32,000 nucleotides of DNA from Nitrososphaerota archaeon (GTDB lineage: Archaea; Thermoproteota; Nitrososphaeria; Nitrososphaerales; Nitrosopumilaceae). The stretch covers positions 11,992 through 43,991 of the forward strand of contig JAPOVD010000009.1 in assembly GCA_026708305.1 (NCBI GenBank), written 5' to 3'. The number at the start of each line of letters is the position of its first letter. Positions within the stretch are counted from its first letter, which is position 1. Both the position numbers and the translations under genes were made by a program. The notes beneath the pieces were generated by a model. The model saw only the letters and a program-made list of their open reading frames with translations. It was not told where the DNA came from and ran no database searches. Of the stretch, positions 1 through 9,567 are shown piece after piece.

Positions 1-25
1 ATATTCAATTCAATTATTTTGATAA

Positions 26-832
26 ATGGATTCAAAAGATGTCATTTTAGATTCTGATTTTAAATACATTGATAAAAAAGGCAATATCATAGATACAGAA
101 GCTCAGTTTTTCATAGCAAATCTGCTTGCCTTTTTAGGTCAAGAATATACTTATAAACATAATATAAAACTAAAAGACGATATAGTAAAAATCGATTTTA
201 AAACAAAATACGGATTAGTAGAAATTATTGACAATGATGAAGATGAATTAAAAATTAAAAAAATCAAGAAAGAAACACCTGATTTAAAAATTATATCGAT
301 AGGAAATAAAAATTATAAAGTAAACATGGTTAATTTTACCAATAGTAATGAAAACACCAAATATGTAGGTTCTATATTTATAGATGAACCGTCTCTATCT
401 TTTGATTATGCACATATTTTACCATTAGTTAAAAAATGTTCAATATTACATGGACATACATCTTCTGTATTTATAGAATTAACTGGCAAGATGAAAAACA
501 ACATGCTAATTGATTTTACAGATGCCAAAAAAATTGCCAAAAATGCAATATCAAAATTGGATCATAAATTTTTTATTAATAAAAAATACTTACAAAAATC
601 AGATGATTTGCATTATAGGATTACTTTTAATGGACCTCAAGGCGTTTTTGATTTACATGTACCAAAAAATACAACTTATTTATTAGATGGGGAAGCTACT
701 GTAGAAAATTTATCTTCAGAAATCATCAAAATTTTAGTGCCAATGTTACCAACTAATATTGATACGATAGGAGTCTACATATACGAAGGATATAACAAAG
801 GAGCGCATATCATATCACACATACTAAAATGA
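26..832 (+). CDS. PTPS/QueD-family (6-pyruvoyl-tetrahydropterin synthase-like) domain protein with a ~110-aa N-terminal extension
   Basis: The C-terminal ~150 aa carry PTPS/QueD hallmarks (FDYAHILP...KKCSILHGHTSSVFIELTG, MLIDFTDAKK, KLDHKFF). In-frame stops (tga taa) lie directly upstream of the ATG at 26. A 3-nt gap separates it from the next gene. Confidence 0.6.
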   Translation: MDSKDVILDSDFKYIDKKGNIIDTEAQFFIANLLAFLGQEYTYKHNIKLKDDIVKIDFKTKYGLVEIIDNDEDELKIKKIKKETPDLKIISIGNKNYKVNMVNFTNSNENTKYVGSIFIDEPSLSFDYAHILPLVKKCSILHGHTSSVFIELTGKMKNNMLIDFTDAKKIAKNAISKLDHKFFINKKYLQKSDDLHYRITFNGPQGVFDLHVPKNTTYLLDGEATVENLSSEIIKILVPMLPTNIDTIGVYIYEGYNKGAHIISHILK

Positions 833-835
833 AAT

Positions 836-3154
836 ATGACAAAAAAAATAGATAATAAATCATGGGACCCTAAATTAGAATATAATGTGATTCAAGAATG
901 GAATGATAATCATATATACGATTTCATTCCTTCTGAAGATAATTTTGTTATAGATACACCTCCACCTTATCCTTCAGGAAAACCATGGCACATAGGAGCC
1001 GCAGCACATTATGCACAAATTGATATGATTGCACGTACAGCTAGAATGTGCGGTAAAAATGTATATTTTCCAATTGGAATAGATAGAAATGGACTTCCAG
1101 TAGAGATATATACAGAAAAAAAACACCACATAAAACTACAAAACGTATCACGAAACGAATTTTTGAATTTATGTAGAGAAAGTCTTGATGATCTAGAAAA
1201 AGAAATATTACAAATAATGAAACATTTAGGAATTAGTGGCGAATTTACAAATTATTACAGAACAGATTCTGACGAATATAGAACATTAACACAAGCTACG
1301 TTCATAGAATTATGGAATAAAGGTCATATTTATATTGCAAATCGTCCAAATAATTATGATTGTCAAACTAAAACCACAATATCAGATGCTGAAATTACAT
1401 ATATGGAAAAAAAGACAAAATTAACACATATAAAATTTAAATTATTAAAATCTCATAAAACTATCATCGTATCAAGTACAAGACCAGAACTGTTGTGCTC
1501 ATGCAAAATGATCATAGTTCATCCTGATGACGAGAGATATTCAAAAATAATTGGTCAAAAAGTGATAGTGCCAATTTATAACAACATAGTAGAAATAAGA
1601 ACACACAAGTCAGTTAAAATGGAATTTGGTACTGGAATTGTAATGATATGTAGTTATGGTGATCAAAACGATGTAGCGTTATTTAGAGAATTAAACTTAG
1701 ATGAATCTATTGCAATTGGTTTGGATGGCAAAATGACTAACATAGCAGGTAAATATGCAGGGCTTAAAATAGAACAAGCCAGATCGAAAATAATATCAGA
1801 ACTTAAAAATTTGGATGCCATAGAAAAAATAGAAAAAATAGACCACAACATCCCAATTTCTGAACGAAGCAAAACACCTATAGAAATAATACCAATGCAA
1901 GAATACTACTTGAAACAAAAAAATGTGACTAAAATTAAAGAATTATGCTCAAAAATAGAATTCCATCCTAAAATGCATAAACAAATTTTGATTGATTGGA
2001 TTGATTCAATATCAATAGATTGGCCTATATCTAGAAGACGATATTATGGAACAGAAATACCAATATGGTATTGTAAAAAATGTACATATACATATGTACC
2101 AAAACCTGGTAAATACTATATTCCTTGGAAAGACAAATGTCCAATAAATCGGTGTCCTGAATGCACATCTACAGATTTTAGAGGAGAAGATAAAATATTA
2201 GATACATGGATGGACTCAAGCATATCTCCTTTATTTATAACTAAATTTCAAAAAAATGAAAAGTTTTTTGCAAAAACATATCCTACTACTATAAGACCAC
2301 AAGCTAAAGACATAGTAAGGACATGGTTATACTATACTCTTTTACGTTGCAATCAGATTACTAGAAAAACACCATGGTCAAAAGTATGGATAATGGGTCA
2401 TGGATTGGATCATAAAGGATTAAAGATGAGTAAAAGTGCAAAAAATGCAGTAGATCCATTTCCAATAATAAATGAATTTGGTGCTGACGCTTTTAGGTTT
2501 TGGAGTGCCAGTATTGTCAACCATGGATATGATTTTAGATGCGATATTGAAAAAATCAAATCTGCTCAAAAATTTTTAAGTAAATTATGGAATATTTCAA
2601 GATTCATTTCTAATTTTGATATAATAAAATGTAGGATAATCAACAAAACAGATAAATGGATATTATCTGAATTGAATAAATTGATATTAAATTGTAAACG
2701 TGGATATCAAAATTATAATTTTTTCATACCGACAAATATGATTAGAGAATTCACATGGAATGTTTTTGCTCCTCATTATATAGAAATGGTGAAAAACAGA
2801 GCGTATGGAAATGGAAATATGTCAGATGAAGAAAAAAATAGTGCTATATGCACGTTACATAAAGTACTGTCATCTATACTGCTACTTTTAGCTCCAATAA
2901 CACCTTTTATTACTGATTATTTGTGGAAAAAAATTTATTCAAATAATAGTATACATATACAAAAACAAGTAGCAGTAGAAAATTATGATGATATGACATC
3001 ATTTACGAATAAGATTATTAAGTTTAATTCTAGAGTATGGATTGCAAAAAAAGACAACAATATTTCTTTGAATAAACAAATTGAATTACCGATACCAGAA
3101 GAACTAGATATGTTTAAAAAAGATTTAGTATATATGCATAACTTAAAAGAATGA
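836..3154 (+). CDS. valS: valyl-tRNA synthetase (class I aaRS)
   Basis: HIGH-type motif (PPPYPSGKPWHIGAAAHY) and KMSKS motif (GLKMSKSAKN). It also has DWPISRRRYYGTEIPIWYC and a Cys-rich insertion (CKKCTYTY...CPECTS). The 772-aa length fits archaeal ValRS rather than IleRS or LeuRS. Confidence 0.8.
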   Translation: MTKKIDNKSWDPKLEYNVIQEWNDNHIYDFIPSEDNFVIDTPPPYPSGKPWHIGAAAHYAQIDMIARTARMCGKNVYFPIGIDRNGLPVEIYTEKKHHIKLQNVSRNEFLNLCRESLDDLEKEILQIMKHLGISGEFTNYYRTDSDEYRTLTQATFIELWNKGHIYIANRPNNYDCQTKTTISDAEITYMEKKTKLTHIKFKLLKSHKTIIVSSTRPELLCSCKMIIVHPDDERYSKIIGQKVIVPIYNNIVEIRTHKSVKMEFGTGIVMICSYGDQNDVALFRELNLDESIAIGLDGKMTNIAGKYAGLKIEQARSKIISELKNLDAIEKIEKIDHNIPISERSKTPIEIIPMQEYYLKQKNVTKIKELCSKIEFHPKMHKQILIDWIDSISIDWPISRRRYYGTEIPIWYCKKCTYTYVPKPGKYYIPWKDKCPINRCPECTSTDFRGEDKILDTWMDSSISPLFITKFQKNEKFFAKTYPTTIRPQAKDIVRTWLYYTLLRCNQITRKTPWSKVWIMGHGLDHKGLKMSKSAKNAVDPFPIINEFGADAFRFWSASIVNHGYDFRCDIEKIKSAQKFLSKLWNISRFISNFDIIKCRIINKTDKWILSELNKLILNCKRGYQNYNFFIPTNMIREFTWNVFAPHYIEMVKNRAYGNGNMSDEEKNSAICTLHKVLSSILLLLAPITPFITDYLWKKIYSNNSIHIQKQVAVENYDDMTSFTNKIIKFNSRVWIAKKDNNISLNKQIELPIPEELDMFKKDLVYMHNLKE

Positions 3155-3159
3155 ATTAA

Positions 3160-4155
3160 TTGAAATCAATAATTATTACAAAACATGGAAATTATGATGT
3201 ATTAACATATACAGATACACAAAAACCAACAAATAAGAAAGATCATGTCATAATCAAAGTAAAATATTGTGCTCTAAACCATTTGGATTTATTAGTACGA
3301 AATGGATTACGTGGGAGAAAAGTAAAGTTTCCACATGTACTAGGTTCTGACATATGTGGAATCTTAGAAAACGATTTTGGAGATTTTAACAGTGGAGATG
3401 AAGTTGTAGTTTATCCAGTAATAAAAAATACAACACCAACAAATTTGCCTAATATGATAGGAGGATTTAGTTTTTATGATGGAGGATATTCCGAATTTGT
3501 AAGAGTTCCAAAAAATTGCATAATAAAAAAACCAAAATGGTTATCATCTTTAGATGCATGTACATTAAATGTATCATATCTTACGGTATGGAATATTTTA
3601 CAAACATTGAATTGTAAAAAAAATGATAAAATTTTTGTCTGGGGAGGAAATAGTGGCATAGGGACTGCAACAATTTTATTGGCAAAAGCTATTGGATGTA
3701 ATGTCATTACAACTATATCAGATCATGACAATGTAGATCTAGTAAAAAAAATTGGTGCAGATCATGTAATAGATAGAAAAAAAGAAAATGTGTTAAAATC
3801 AGTTAGGAAAAATACGAATAATATAGGAGTAGATTATGTTATTGATCATGTAGGATCAAAAACATGGCCAACGAGCATAAATATGCTTAAGAGAGGAGGC
3901 AAAATGGCAACATGTGGAATTACAACAGGAACATATGCAAGAGTAAATATATCATGTGTATATAATAAGAAGATCAATATACTTGGTTTTTACATGGGTA
4001 ATAAATCACAATTAATCAATCTACATAAATTTATAAATTTAAAAAAAATAAAACCTATAATTGATTCAATTTTTGATCTTGCAGATGTAAAATTAGCACA
4101 TAAAAAATTAGAACAAAGCAAACATTTTGGAAAAATAATTTTAAGGGTTACATAG
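3160..4155 (+). CDS. medium-chain dehydrogenase/reductase (quinone oxidoreductase / Zn-ADH-like) NAD(P)-dependent oxidoreductase
   Basis: MDR-like N-terminus (MKSIIITKHGNYDVL...VKYCALNHLDLLVRNG) and a Rossmann glycine motif (VWGGNSGIGTATILLAK). The end is typical of the family (HFGKIILRV). TTG start 6 nt after the valS stop. Confidence 0.7.
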   Translation: MKSIIITKHGNYDVLTYTDTQKPTNKKDHVIIKVKYCALNHLDLLVRNGLRGRKVKFPHVLGSDICGILENDFGDFNSGDEVVVYPVIKNTTPTNLPNMIGGFSFYDGGYSEFVRVPKNCIIKKPKWLSSLDACTLNVSYLTVWNILQTLNCKKNDKIFVWGGNSGIGTATILLAKAIGCNVITTISDHDNVDLVKKIGADHVIDRKKENVLKSVRKNTNNIGVDYVIDHVGSKTWPTSINMLKRGGKMATCGITTGTYARVNISCVYNKKINILGFYMGNKSQLINLHKFINLKKIKPIIDSIFDLADVKLAHKKLEQSKHFGKIILRVT

Positions 4156-4169
4156 ATCAATATACAATA

Positions 4170-4796
4170 TTATTTAGAATTAATTTTTTTTAGCATTGAA
4201 AGAAAATATTCATATAATTTAATATCATGTGTTAGTTCTGGATGAAAAGAAGTCGCAAGGATATTATTTTGTCTGACTGCAATAATGCTATCATTTAATT
4301 TAGATAAAATTTGAACATTTTTTCCAGCTTTTTTAATGCTAGGAGCACGAATAAAAATACCTTTAATTTTGGTTGGATTGTGTAATATTATTTCTACATC
4401 AGATTCAAATGAATATTGTTGCCGTCCAAAATAGTTTCGTTCAACTTCTACATCTAGCAAATCCATATGTATTTGGTTTGTTTTTCCTATGTTTTTGTCA
4501 TTAACGTGTTTTGATAATAATATTAATCCGGCGCATATTCCAAATACCGGCATTCCATTATTAATTTTGTCATATAATGTTTTGAATAAATAGCGTTTCA
4601 TAGATAGCTTTGCTATGGTAGTGCTTTCACCTCCAGGAATTATTAATCCATCTAGATTAGATAATTGATATTCATGATTAATGCTACAAACTGTACCTGA
4701 ATAACCTAATTTTTGTAAACTTTTTTTTACTGCCAATATATTTTCATGTACATCTCCTTGTATAGAAAGCACTCCTATATTCAAATTGCTCATCAA
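4170..4796 (-). CDS. pdxT: pyridoxal 5'-phosphate synthase, glutaminase subunit PdxT
   Basis: Class I glutamine amidotransferase motifs ([30 protein letters not shown]). Its start overlaps the pdxS stop by 4 nt. Confidence 0.9.
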   Translation of the reverse strand: MMSNLNIGVLSIQGDVHENILAVKKSLQKLGYSGTVCSINHEYQLSNLDGLIIPGGESTTIAKLSMKRYLFKTLYDKINNGMPVFGICAGLILLSKHVNDKNIGKTNQIHMDLLDVEVERNYFGRQQYSFESDVEIILHNPTKIKGIFIRAPSIKKAGKNVQILSKLNDSIIAVRQNNILATSFHPELTHDIKLYEYFLSMLKKINSK

Positions 4797-5758
4797 TTCT
4801 TTCCTCGATCTTGCATTTTTAATTCTAGTTCTTGTATGTCTATTCCAAGCATAGATTCTTTTTCATCCACCAAATTTTGTGCTTCATACACTTTATTAAT
4901 ATCGTCCCAAAATGTAGCAGCGAGTACTATTGCATTAGCACGCTCTTTAGCGTCTGATGATTTAAATATTCCAGATCCTACAAATATTCCATCACATCCT
5001 AGGGACATAAGATATCCAGCATCTGCAGGAGTAGAAATTCCTCCAGCAGCAAAATTAACAACTGGCAATCTTCCAAGTTGAGCTGTTTTTTTCAATATGT
5101 CATAAGATATTTGAAAATCTCTGGCTAATTTAATTAAGATAGATTCATCACCGTAATTTTTTATAGATTTAAGCATTGATAGGTCGTAATTAACCTTGTT
5201 TATATGTCTAACAGCTTCAACAATGTTACCAGTACCTGGTTCGCCTTTAGTTCTAATCATAGAAGAGCCTTCTTCTATTCTTCTAAGTGCTTCAGATAAC
5301 GAACGACAACCATTTACAAATGGAGTAGTAAAATCCCATTTCCATATATGGTGGTTTTCATTAGCAGGAGTTAAAACTTCAGATTCATCAACCATATCAA
5401 CATTCGCTTTTTCTAATACTCGTGCTTCATAAACATGTCCTATTCTACATTTTGCCATTACCGGTATGGTCACAGTATCCATAATTTCGTTAATTATTTT
5501 TATACTAGCTGTACGAGCTACACCGCCTATTTTTCTAACATCGGATGGAAGTTTGTCTAATACCATCACTGCTACTGCACCTGCATCTTCAGCAATGTGA
5601 GCTTGTTCAACAGAAGTTACGTCCATCACAACTCCATTTTTTAACATATGAGCGAAGCCTCTCTTTAAGGTGGATGTTCCATAAGTAACATCATTTGAAT
5701 TTATTTTTTTCTGACAAATGCCCTTTGCATTTTCAATATCTCCAGACAATGAGATCAT
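4793..5758 (-). CDS. pdxS: pyridoxal 5'-phosphate synthase, lyase subunit PdxS
   Basis: Strong PdxS signature along the whole length ([75 protein letters not shown]). Confidence 0.95.
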   Translation of the reverse strand: MISLSGDIENAKGICQKKINSNDVTYGTSTLKRGFAHMLKNGVVMDVTSVEQAHIAEDAGAVAVMVLDKLPSDVRKIGGVARTASIKIINEIMDTVTIPVMAKCRIGHVYEARVLEKANVDMVDESEVLTPANENHHIWKWDFTTPFVNGCRSLSEALRRIEEGSSMIRTKGEPGTGNIVEAVRHINKVNYDLSMLKSIKNYGDESILIKLARDFQISYDILKKTAQLGRLPVVNFAAGGISTPADAGYLMSLGCDGIFVGSGIFKSSDAKERANAIVLAATFWDDINKVYEAQNLVDEKESMLGIDIQELELKMQDRGKN

Positions 5759-5783
5759 AGAGAATAAGATACATCCAACATAT

Positions 5784-6275
5784 TTATTTGATTAATTGGG
5801 AGATAATTGAGTTTAATTCTATTTCAATTGCATTTATTATTGGAGGCACATCATAATTTGTGGCCCATGTGATTTTATGTGTTTTATTATCAAGTGTTAC
5901 CTTCAATACATTTTTGAATTTATTGTCTGAAGTATTTAATTGTTGATAATCATAAGCTAAAGATAAAAATCCAGTATTTTCTATGAGGGAGGTTAATTTT
6001 TGTAGTTTGTTATCTTCAATTTTAGATTCTTTTTCGGTGATATTATCTTGATCAATAACGCGGTAATTTACAATCTTGTTATTATGTATTATTAATATTT
6101 CAGATTGTTTATGTTTAATAATGTCATTTTGATCTTTAATTAATGTATAACGAATGTATTCTATCTCAGTGAAATTAATGAAATGCGAAGAGTCAATTTT
6201 TAAAACTGTTTGAATGGAGAAAGATGCAATACAAATTATGGCTATGATTATAAATAACAATAGCGCTTTATGCAT
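5784..6275 (-). CDS. hypothetical protein, N-terminal membrane anchor or signal
   Basis: Hydrophobic N-terminus ([18 protein letters not shown]) followed by a polar domain. It lies 25 nt upstream of pdxS on the same strand. I recognised no family. Confidence 0.45.
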   Translation of the reverse strand: MHKALLLFIIIAIICIASFSIQTVLKIDSSHFINFTEIEYIRYTLIKDQNDIIKHKQSEILIIHNNKIVNYRVIDQDNITEKESKIEDNKLQKLTSLIENTGFLSLAYDYQQLNTSDNKFKNVLKVTLDNKTHKITWATNYDVPPIINAIEIELNSIISQLIK

Positions 6276-6351
6276 AATTAATATAGCTAAATTTCCAAAT
6301 TAAATTTTTGTAAAATAAGTTAAATTTTAGTATTGTTTATAATATATTTGT

Positions 6352-6500
6352 GGGGTCGTTGCCTAGCCAGGTATGGCGACAGTGATGATCAATCACCGCT
6401 AAGGGCTCCAGAAGCAAAAAAATGTATTACTGATATAAGATGATGTACATTTGGAGCAGCAGTGACCCGTAGATCGCCGGTTCAATTCCGGTCGGCCCCA
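6352..6500 (+). tRNA. tRNA-Trp (anticodon CCA), interrupted; 149 nt, about 74 nt mature
   Basis: Hand fold. Acceptor GGGGTCG (6352-6358) pairs with CGGCCCC (6493-6499), discriminator A6500. D arm is GCC(T)-AGCCAGGTA-(T)GGC. The T arm is GCCGG-TTCAATT-CCGGT. The anticodon arm AC+GGG / CTCCAGA / CCCGT forms only after removing ~22 nt (6381-6402) and ~53 nt (6412-6464). No encoded CCA. Confidence 0.8.
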
Positions 6501-6552
6501 CTAATTTTTATTTTGTATTATTAACAAAATCATAAAATCATACAAAATTAAT

Positions 6553-8805
6553 TCATAGTTTATTTGGATGTATCATGTTAAGAGCAGAACCTGAATAAAA
6601 CCATTTGAGTTGTAATTCATCATAGGAATGATCTAATAATATAATCTCACATTTTGTGTCATTTTTAATATAACACTTTATTGTTTTACCTGGACGTAGT
6701 TCATTAAGTTCGATAATATCAAGATAATCATTTTCACCTATTTTGTAATAATCTTGTTGATTTTTAAAGCTAAGAGCTAATATACCTTGTTTTTTTAGGT
6801 TATTTTCATGTATACGAGCAAAACTTTTTGCAATTACTACCACACAACCCAAATATCGAGGAGACATTGCAGCATGTTCTCTACTACTACCTTCACCATA
6901 GTTGTTTTCTCCTATAATAGCCCAGATAATTTTTTCTTTTTTATATTGTCTAGCTATCTGTGAGTAAAATTCTAATTTTTTTGTAAGTAAGTTTTTTCCC
7001 TTTCCTATTTCATCATTATAAAAATTTTTGGCTCCAAGTAGTAAATTGTTACTTAATTTATCCAAGTGACCTCTATAAGTTAACCAAGGCCCAGCTGGAG
7101 ATATGTGATCTGTAGTACATTTGCCTTTAACTTTAGCTAGTATAGCAATGTGTTTGTAATCTTTTTCATTCCACGCATTAAACGGTGTAATTTTTTGTAG
7201 TCGATTACTATTTTTATTTAGTAGAACAATATTATGTTGATTTTTTGATGGAGATATATAATATTCATCAATACTAACAAAACCTTTTGTAGGTACATCA
7301 GGTTGTTTTTTAGGAGGTCTAAGTTTTACTTTAGTACCATCAGGAGCTAAAAGATAATCTTGTGATGGATCAAATGATAACGTGCCAGCTAATGATAATG
7401 CAACCACTATTTCTGGGCTCGCAATAAAATTCATAGTTGATCTTTTTCCATCGTTTCTACCAGGGAAATTTCTATTGAATGAAGTGATTATGGAATTATC
7501 AACATCATCAATATTTCTTTTCCATTGTCCTATGCAAGGTCCACATGCATTAGCCATGACGGTAGCACCTATAGATTGTAATAAACGTAGTTGGCCGTCA
7601 CGTTGCATAGTGGCCTTTATTCTTTCAGATCCAGGTGTAATTAGTAATGGAATCTTAATTTTTATGCCTTTCAATTTTGCTTGCTTAGCTAAATCAGCTG
7701 CTTGAGACATATCTTCATATGAAGAATTTGTACAACTTCCTATCAGTGCAGAGGATAACATATTTGTATAATTATTATCTTTGATATCACTAGAAGTTTT
7801 TGATATAGAACGAGATAAATCAGGTGTATGAGGACCAGTAACATATGGTTGTAATAACGATAAGTTAATTTCAATTATCTGATCAAAATATTTGTCTGGA
7901 CTTTGTTCTATTTCTTTATCAGCCACTAGCAAATATCTATTTTGATTAGCTAATTCAACTACTTTCTGACGATCTGTAGCTTGCATATAAATTACCATTC
8001 TTTCATCATACGGAAAAATAGAACAAGTAGCTCCTATCTCAGCACCCATATTAGTTATAGTGGCTTTACCAGTACAACTTATTGAATTTGTTCCCGGTCC
8101 AAAATATTCGATTATGGAATTAGTGCCTCCAGACACTTTCATTTTTTTAGCAAGAAAAAGAATCACGTCTTTTGGAGTAGCCCATCTATCTAATTTTCCA
8201 GTTAAGTAAATTCCTATTCGTTTAGGATACAATATTTGTAATGGTAAGCCTGCCATAGATTCAGTTGCGTCCATTCCACCAACTCCAATCGATATCATGC
8301 CAAGACCACCAGCATTGGGTGTATGAGAATCAGTACCTATCATAAATCCTCCAGGAAAAGCATAATTTTCAAATATAACTTGATGTATTATTCCAGCTCC
8401 AGGTTTCCAAAATCCCATTTTATATTTACCGCAAGCAGATTCCAAAAATTTAAAAACTTCATTGTTTTCAATTATAGAATTACTGGTATCTTTTTTCCCT
8501 TCTATTTTTGCACGTATAAGATGATCACAATGTATTGTCGTAGGAATAGTTACTGATTTTAATTTAGTTTGCATGAACTGTAAAATAGCCATTTGTCCTG
8601 TCACATCTTGCAATGCAATTCTATCTGGTTTAAGAAAAATGTAACTATGTCCATATTTCAGTTTAGTTGGCGTGTTTTCCATATGTCCGATAAGTATTTT
8701 ATCAGTTAATGTTAAAGGGACGTTATTTTTTTTTGTGTAATTAGTTACTCTGTTAGATAAATTATCATAACATTTAGAAATATCATCATAATTTATTAAA
8801 TTCAT
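6553..8805 (-). CDS. acn: aconitate hydratase (aconitase, ~750-aa mitochondrial-type/AcnA-family form)
   Basis: Fe-S cluster ligand regions (DSHTPNAGGLG, IGSCTNSSYEDM, NACGPCIGQW) and a swivel-domain C-terminus (GENNYGEGSSREHAA). Confidence 0.9.
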   Translation of the reverse strand: MNLINYDDISKCYDNLSNRVTNYTKKNNVPLTLTDKILIGHMENTPTKLKYGHSYIFLKPDRIALQDVTGQMAILQFMQTKLKSVTIPTTIHCDHLIRAKIEGKKDTSNSIIENNEVFKFLESACGKYKMGFWKPGAGIIHQVIFENYAFPGGFMIGTDSHTPNAGGLGMISIGVGGMDATESMAGLPLQILYPKRIGIYLTGKLDRWATPKDVILFLAKKMKVSGGTNSIIEYFGPGTNSISCTGKATITNMGAEIGATCSIFPYDERMVIYMQATDRQKVVELANQNRYLLVADKEIEQSPDKYFDQIIEINLSLLQPYVTGPHTPDLSRSISKTSSDIKDNNYTNMLSSALIGSCTNSSYEDMSQAADLAKQAKLKGIKIKIPLLITPGSERIKATMQRDGQLRLLQSIGATVMANACGPCIGQWKRNIDDVDNSIITSFNRNFPGRNDGKRSTMNFIASPEIVVALSLAGTLSFDPSQDYLLAPDGTKVKLRPPKKQPDVPTKGFVSIDEYYISPSKNQHNIVLLNKNSNRLQKITPFNAWNEKDYKHIAILAKVKGKCTTDHISPAGPWLTYRGHLDKLSNNLLLGAKNFYNDEIGKGKNLLTKKLEFYSQIARQYKKEKIIWAIIGENNYGEGSSREHAAMSPRYLGCVVVIAKSFARIHENNLKKQGILALSFKNQQDYYKIGENDYLDIIELNELRPGKTIKCYIKNDTKCEIILLDHSYDELQLKWFYSGSALNMIHPNKL

Positions 8806-8934
8806 ACTCTACATTTTGTAATTAATTTATTCATGAATAAATAATTTTCCTAACAATTATATGAGTAAATGAATATAAATAATTAAGTAATATGAAAATG
8901 AATTCAATTAAACATTCTTTTAGGTGTTAACCTA

Positions 8935-9567
8935 GTGGTGAATAAAGGTTTTCCGAAATTTGGTATGTCACAAGCTGGTGCATATGTAGCAGCGTTAAAA
9001 AATTATAATTTACCAGAAGTGATTTTAGAACTCATAGCCAAAGATTGTGGATCAGATTTGCTAGAAAGAGGAAGAATAGATGACAGACTACAAAGTATGA
9101 ATGACCAAGCTTTGGAATTATTACATAGAATTTTTGTAAATTGCGAGAATGATAAATTAGGAAAATATGCGCAATATAGATTTTTTGCTTATGTTTCTAG
9201 CATGTATCATAAATGCGAAATTTTAATAAATGAATATGTACCTGGAAAATCCGGTAAAAATCATAAAATTCCAGTAGCAGTTAAAAGCAATGGTATGTAC
9301 ACAGCAATAGCATTTAACAAGTCAATTGGAAATTCTGTCACTAAAAAAGAAATAATAAAATTTTATGATGTAATCGATGATCTAAAAAAAGGCGAGCATG
9401 GTACTATGTTATCTGAAGCTATATATGGTACGTCTGTTGGATTTAAAGGCGATGCGCTATTAGAATTAGAAAAATTAAGTAAATCAAGAAATTCAAATAT
9501 TGAACACAAAATAAATTTTAAGATGGCAAATTTTGAAAATAGAATTTATTCAATGATCAAATGTTAG
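8935..9567 (+). CDS. hypothetical protein
   Basis: 210-aa ORF with a GTG start; an alternative ATG lies 10 codons in. I recognised no family securely. The 3' end overlaps the convergent ORF 9557..10129 by 11 nt. Confidence 0.45.
   Translation: MVNKGFPKFGMSQAGAYVAALKNYNLPEVILELIAKDCGSDLLERGRIDDRLQSMNDQALELLHRIFVNCENDKLGKYAQYRFFAYVSSMYHKCEILINEYVPGKSGKNHKIPVAVKSNGMYTAIAFNKSIGNSVTKKEIIKFYDVIDDLKKGEHGTMLSEAIYGTSVGFKGDALLELEKLSKSRNSNIEHKINFKMANFENRIYSMIKC

Noticed and set aside
6405-6457. Alternative fold using GCTCC/GGAGC as the anticodon stem of a long-variable-arm (type II) tRNA.
   Set aside because: The loop between the strands lacks U33 and any sensible 7-nt anticodon loop. The D-arm side would still need a 25-nt deletion. 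The Trp(CCA) model gives a complete cloverleaf whose 5' half also resembles archaeal tRNA-Trp as I remember it.
6382-6465. Box C/D-like motifs inside the tRNA-Trp intervening sequences: GTGATGA 6382-6388, CTGA 6430-6433, TGATGT 6441-6446, GTGA 6462-6465. These recall the cis-acting C/D guide in euryarchaeal tRNA-Trp introns.
   Set aside because: Two of the four boxes are degenerate and the C-to-D' distance is 41 nt and spans the anticodon exon. The GTGATGA also sits in a GTGAT/ATCAC hairpin. The N+5 rule from the putative D box points to position 31 rather than C34 or position 39. I did not call it as a feature, but it is worth re-testing if the sRNA at 27774..27832 proves real.
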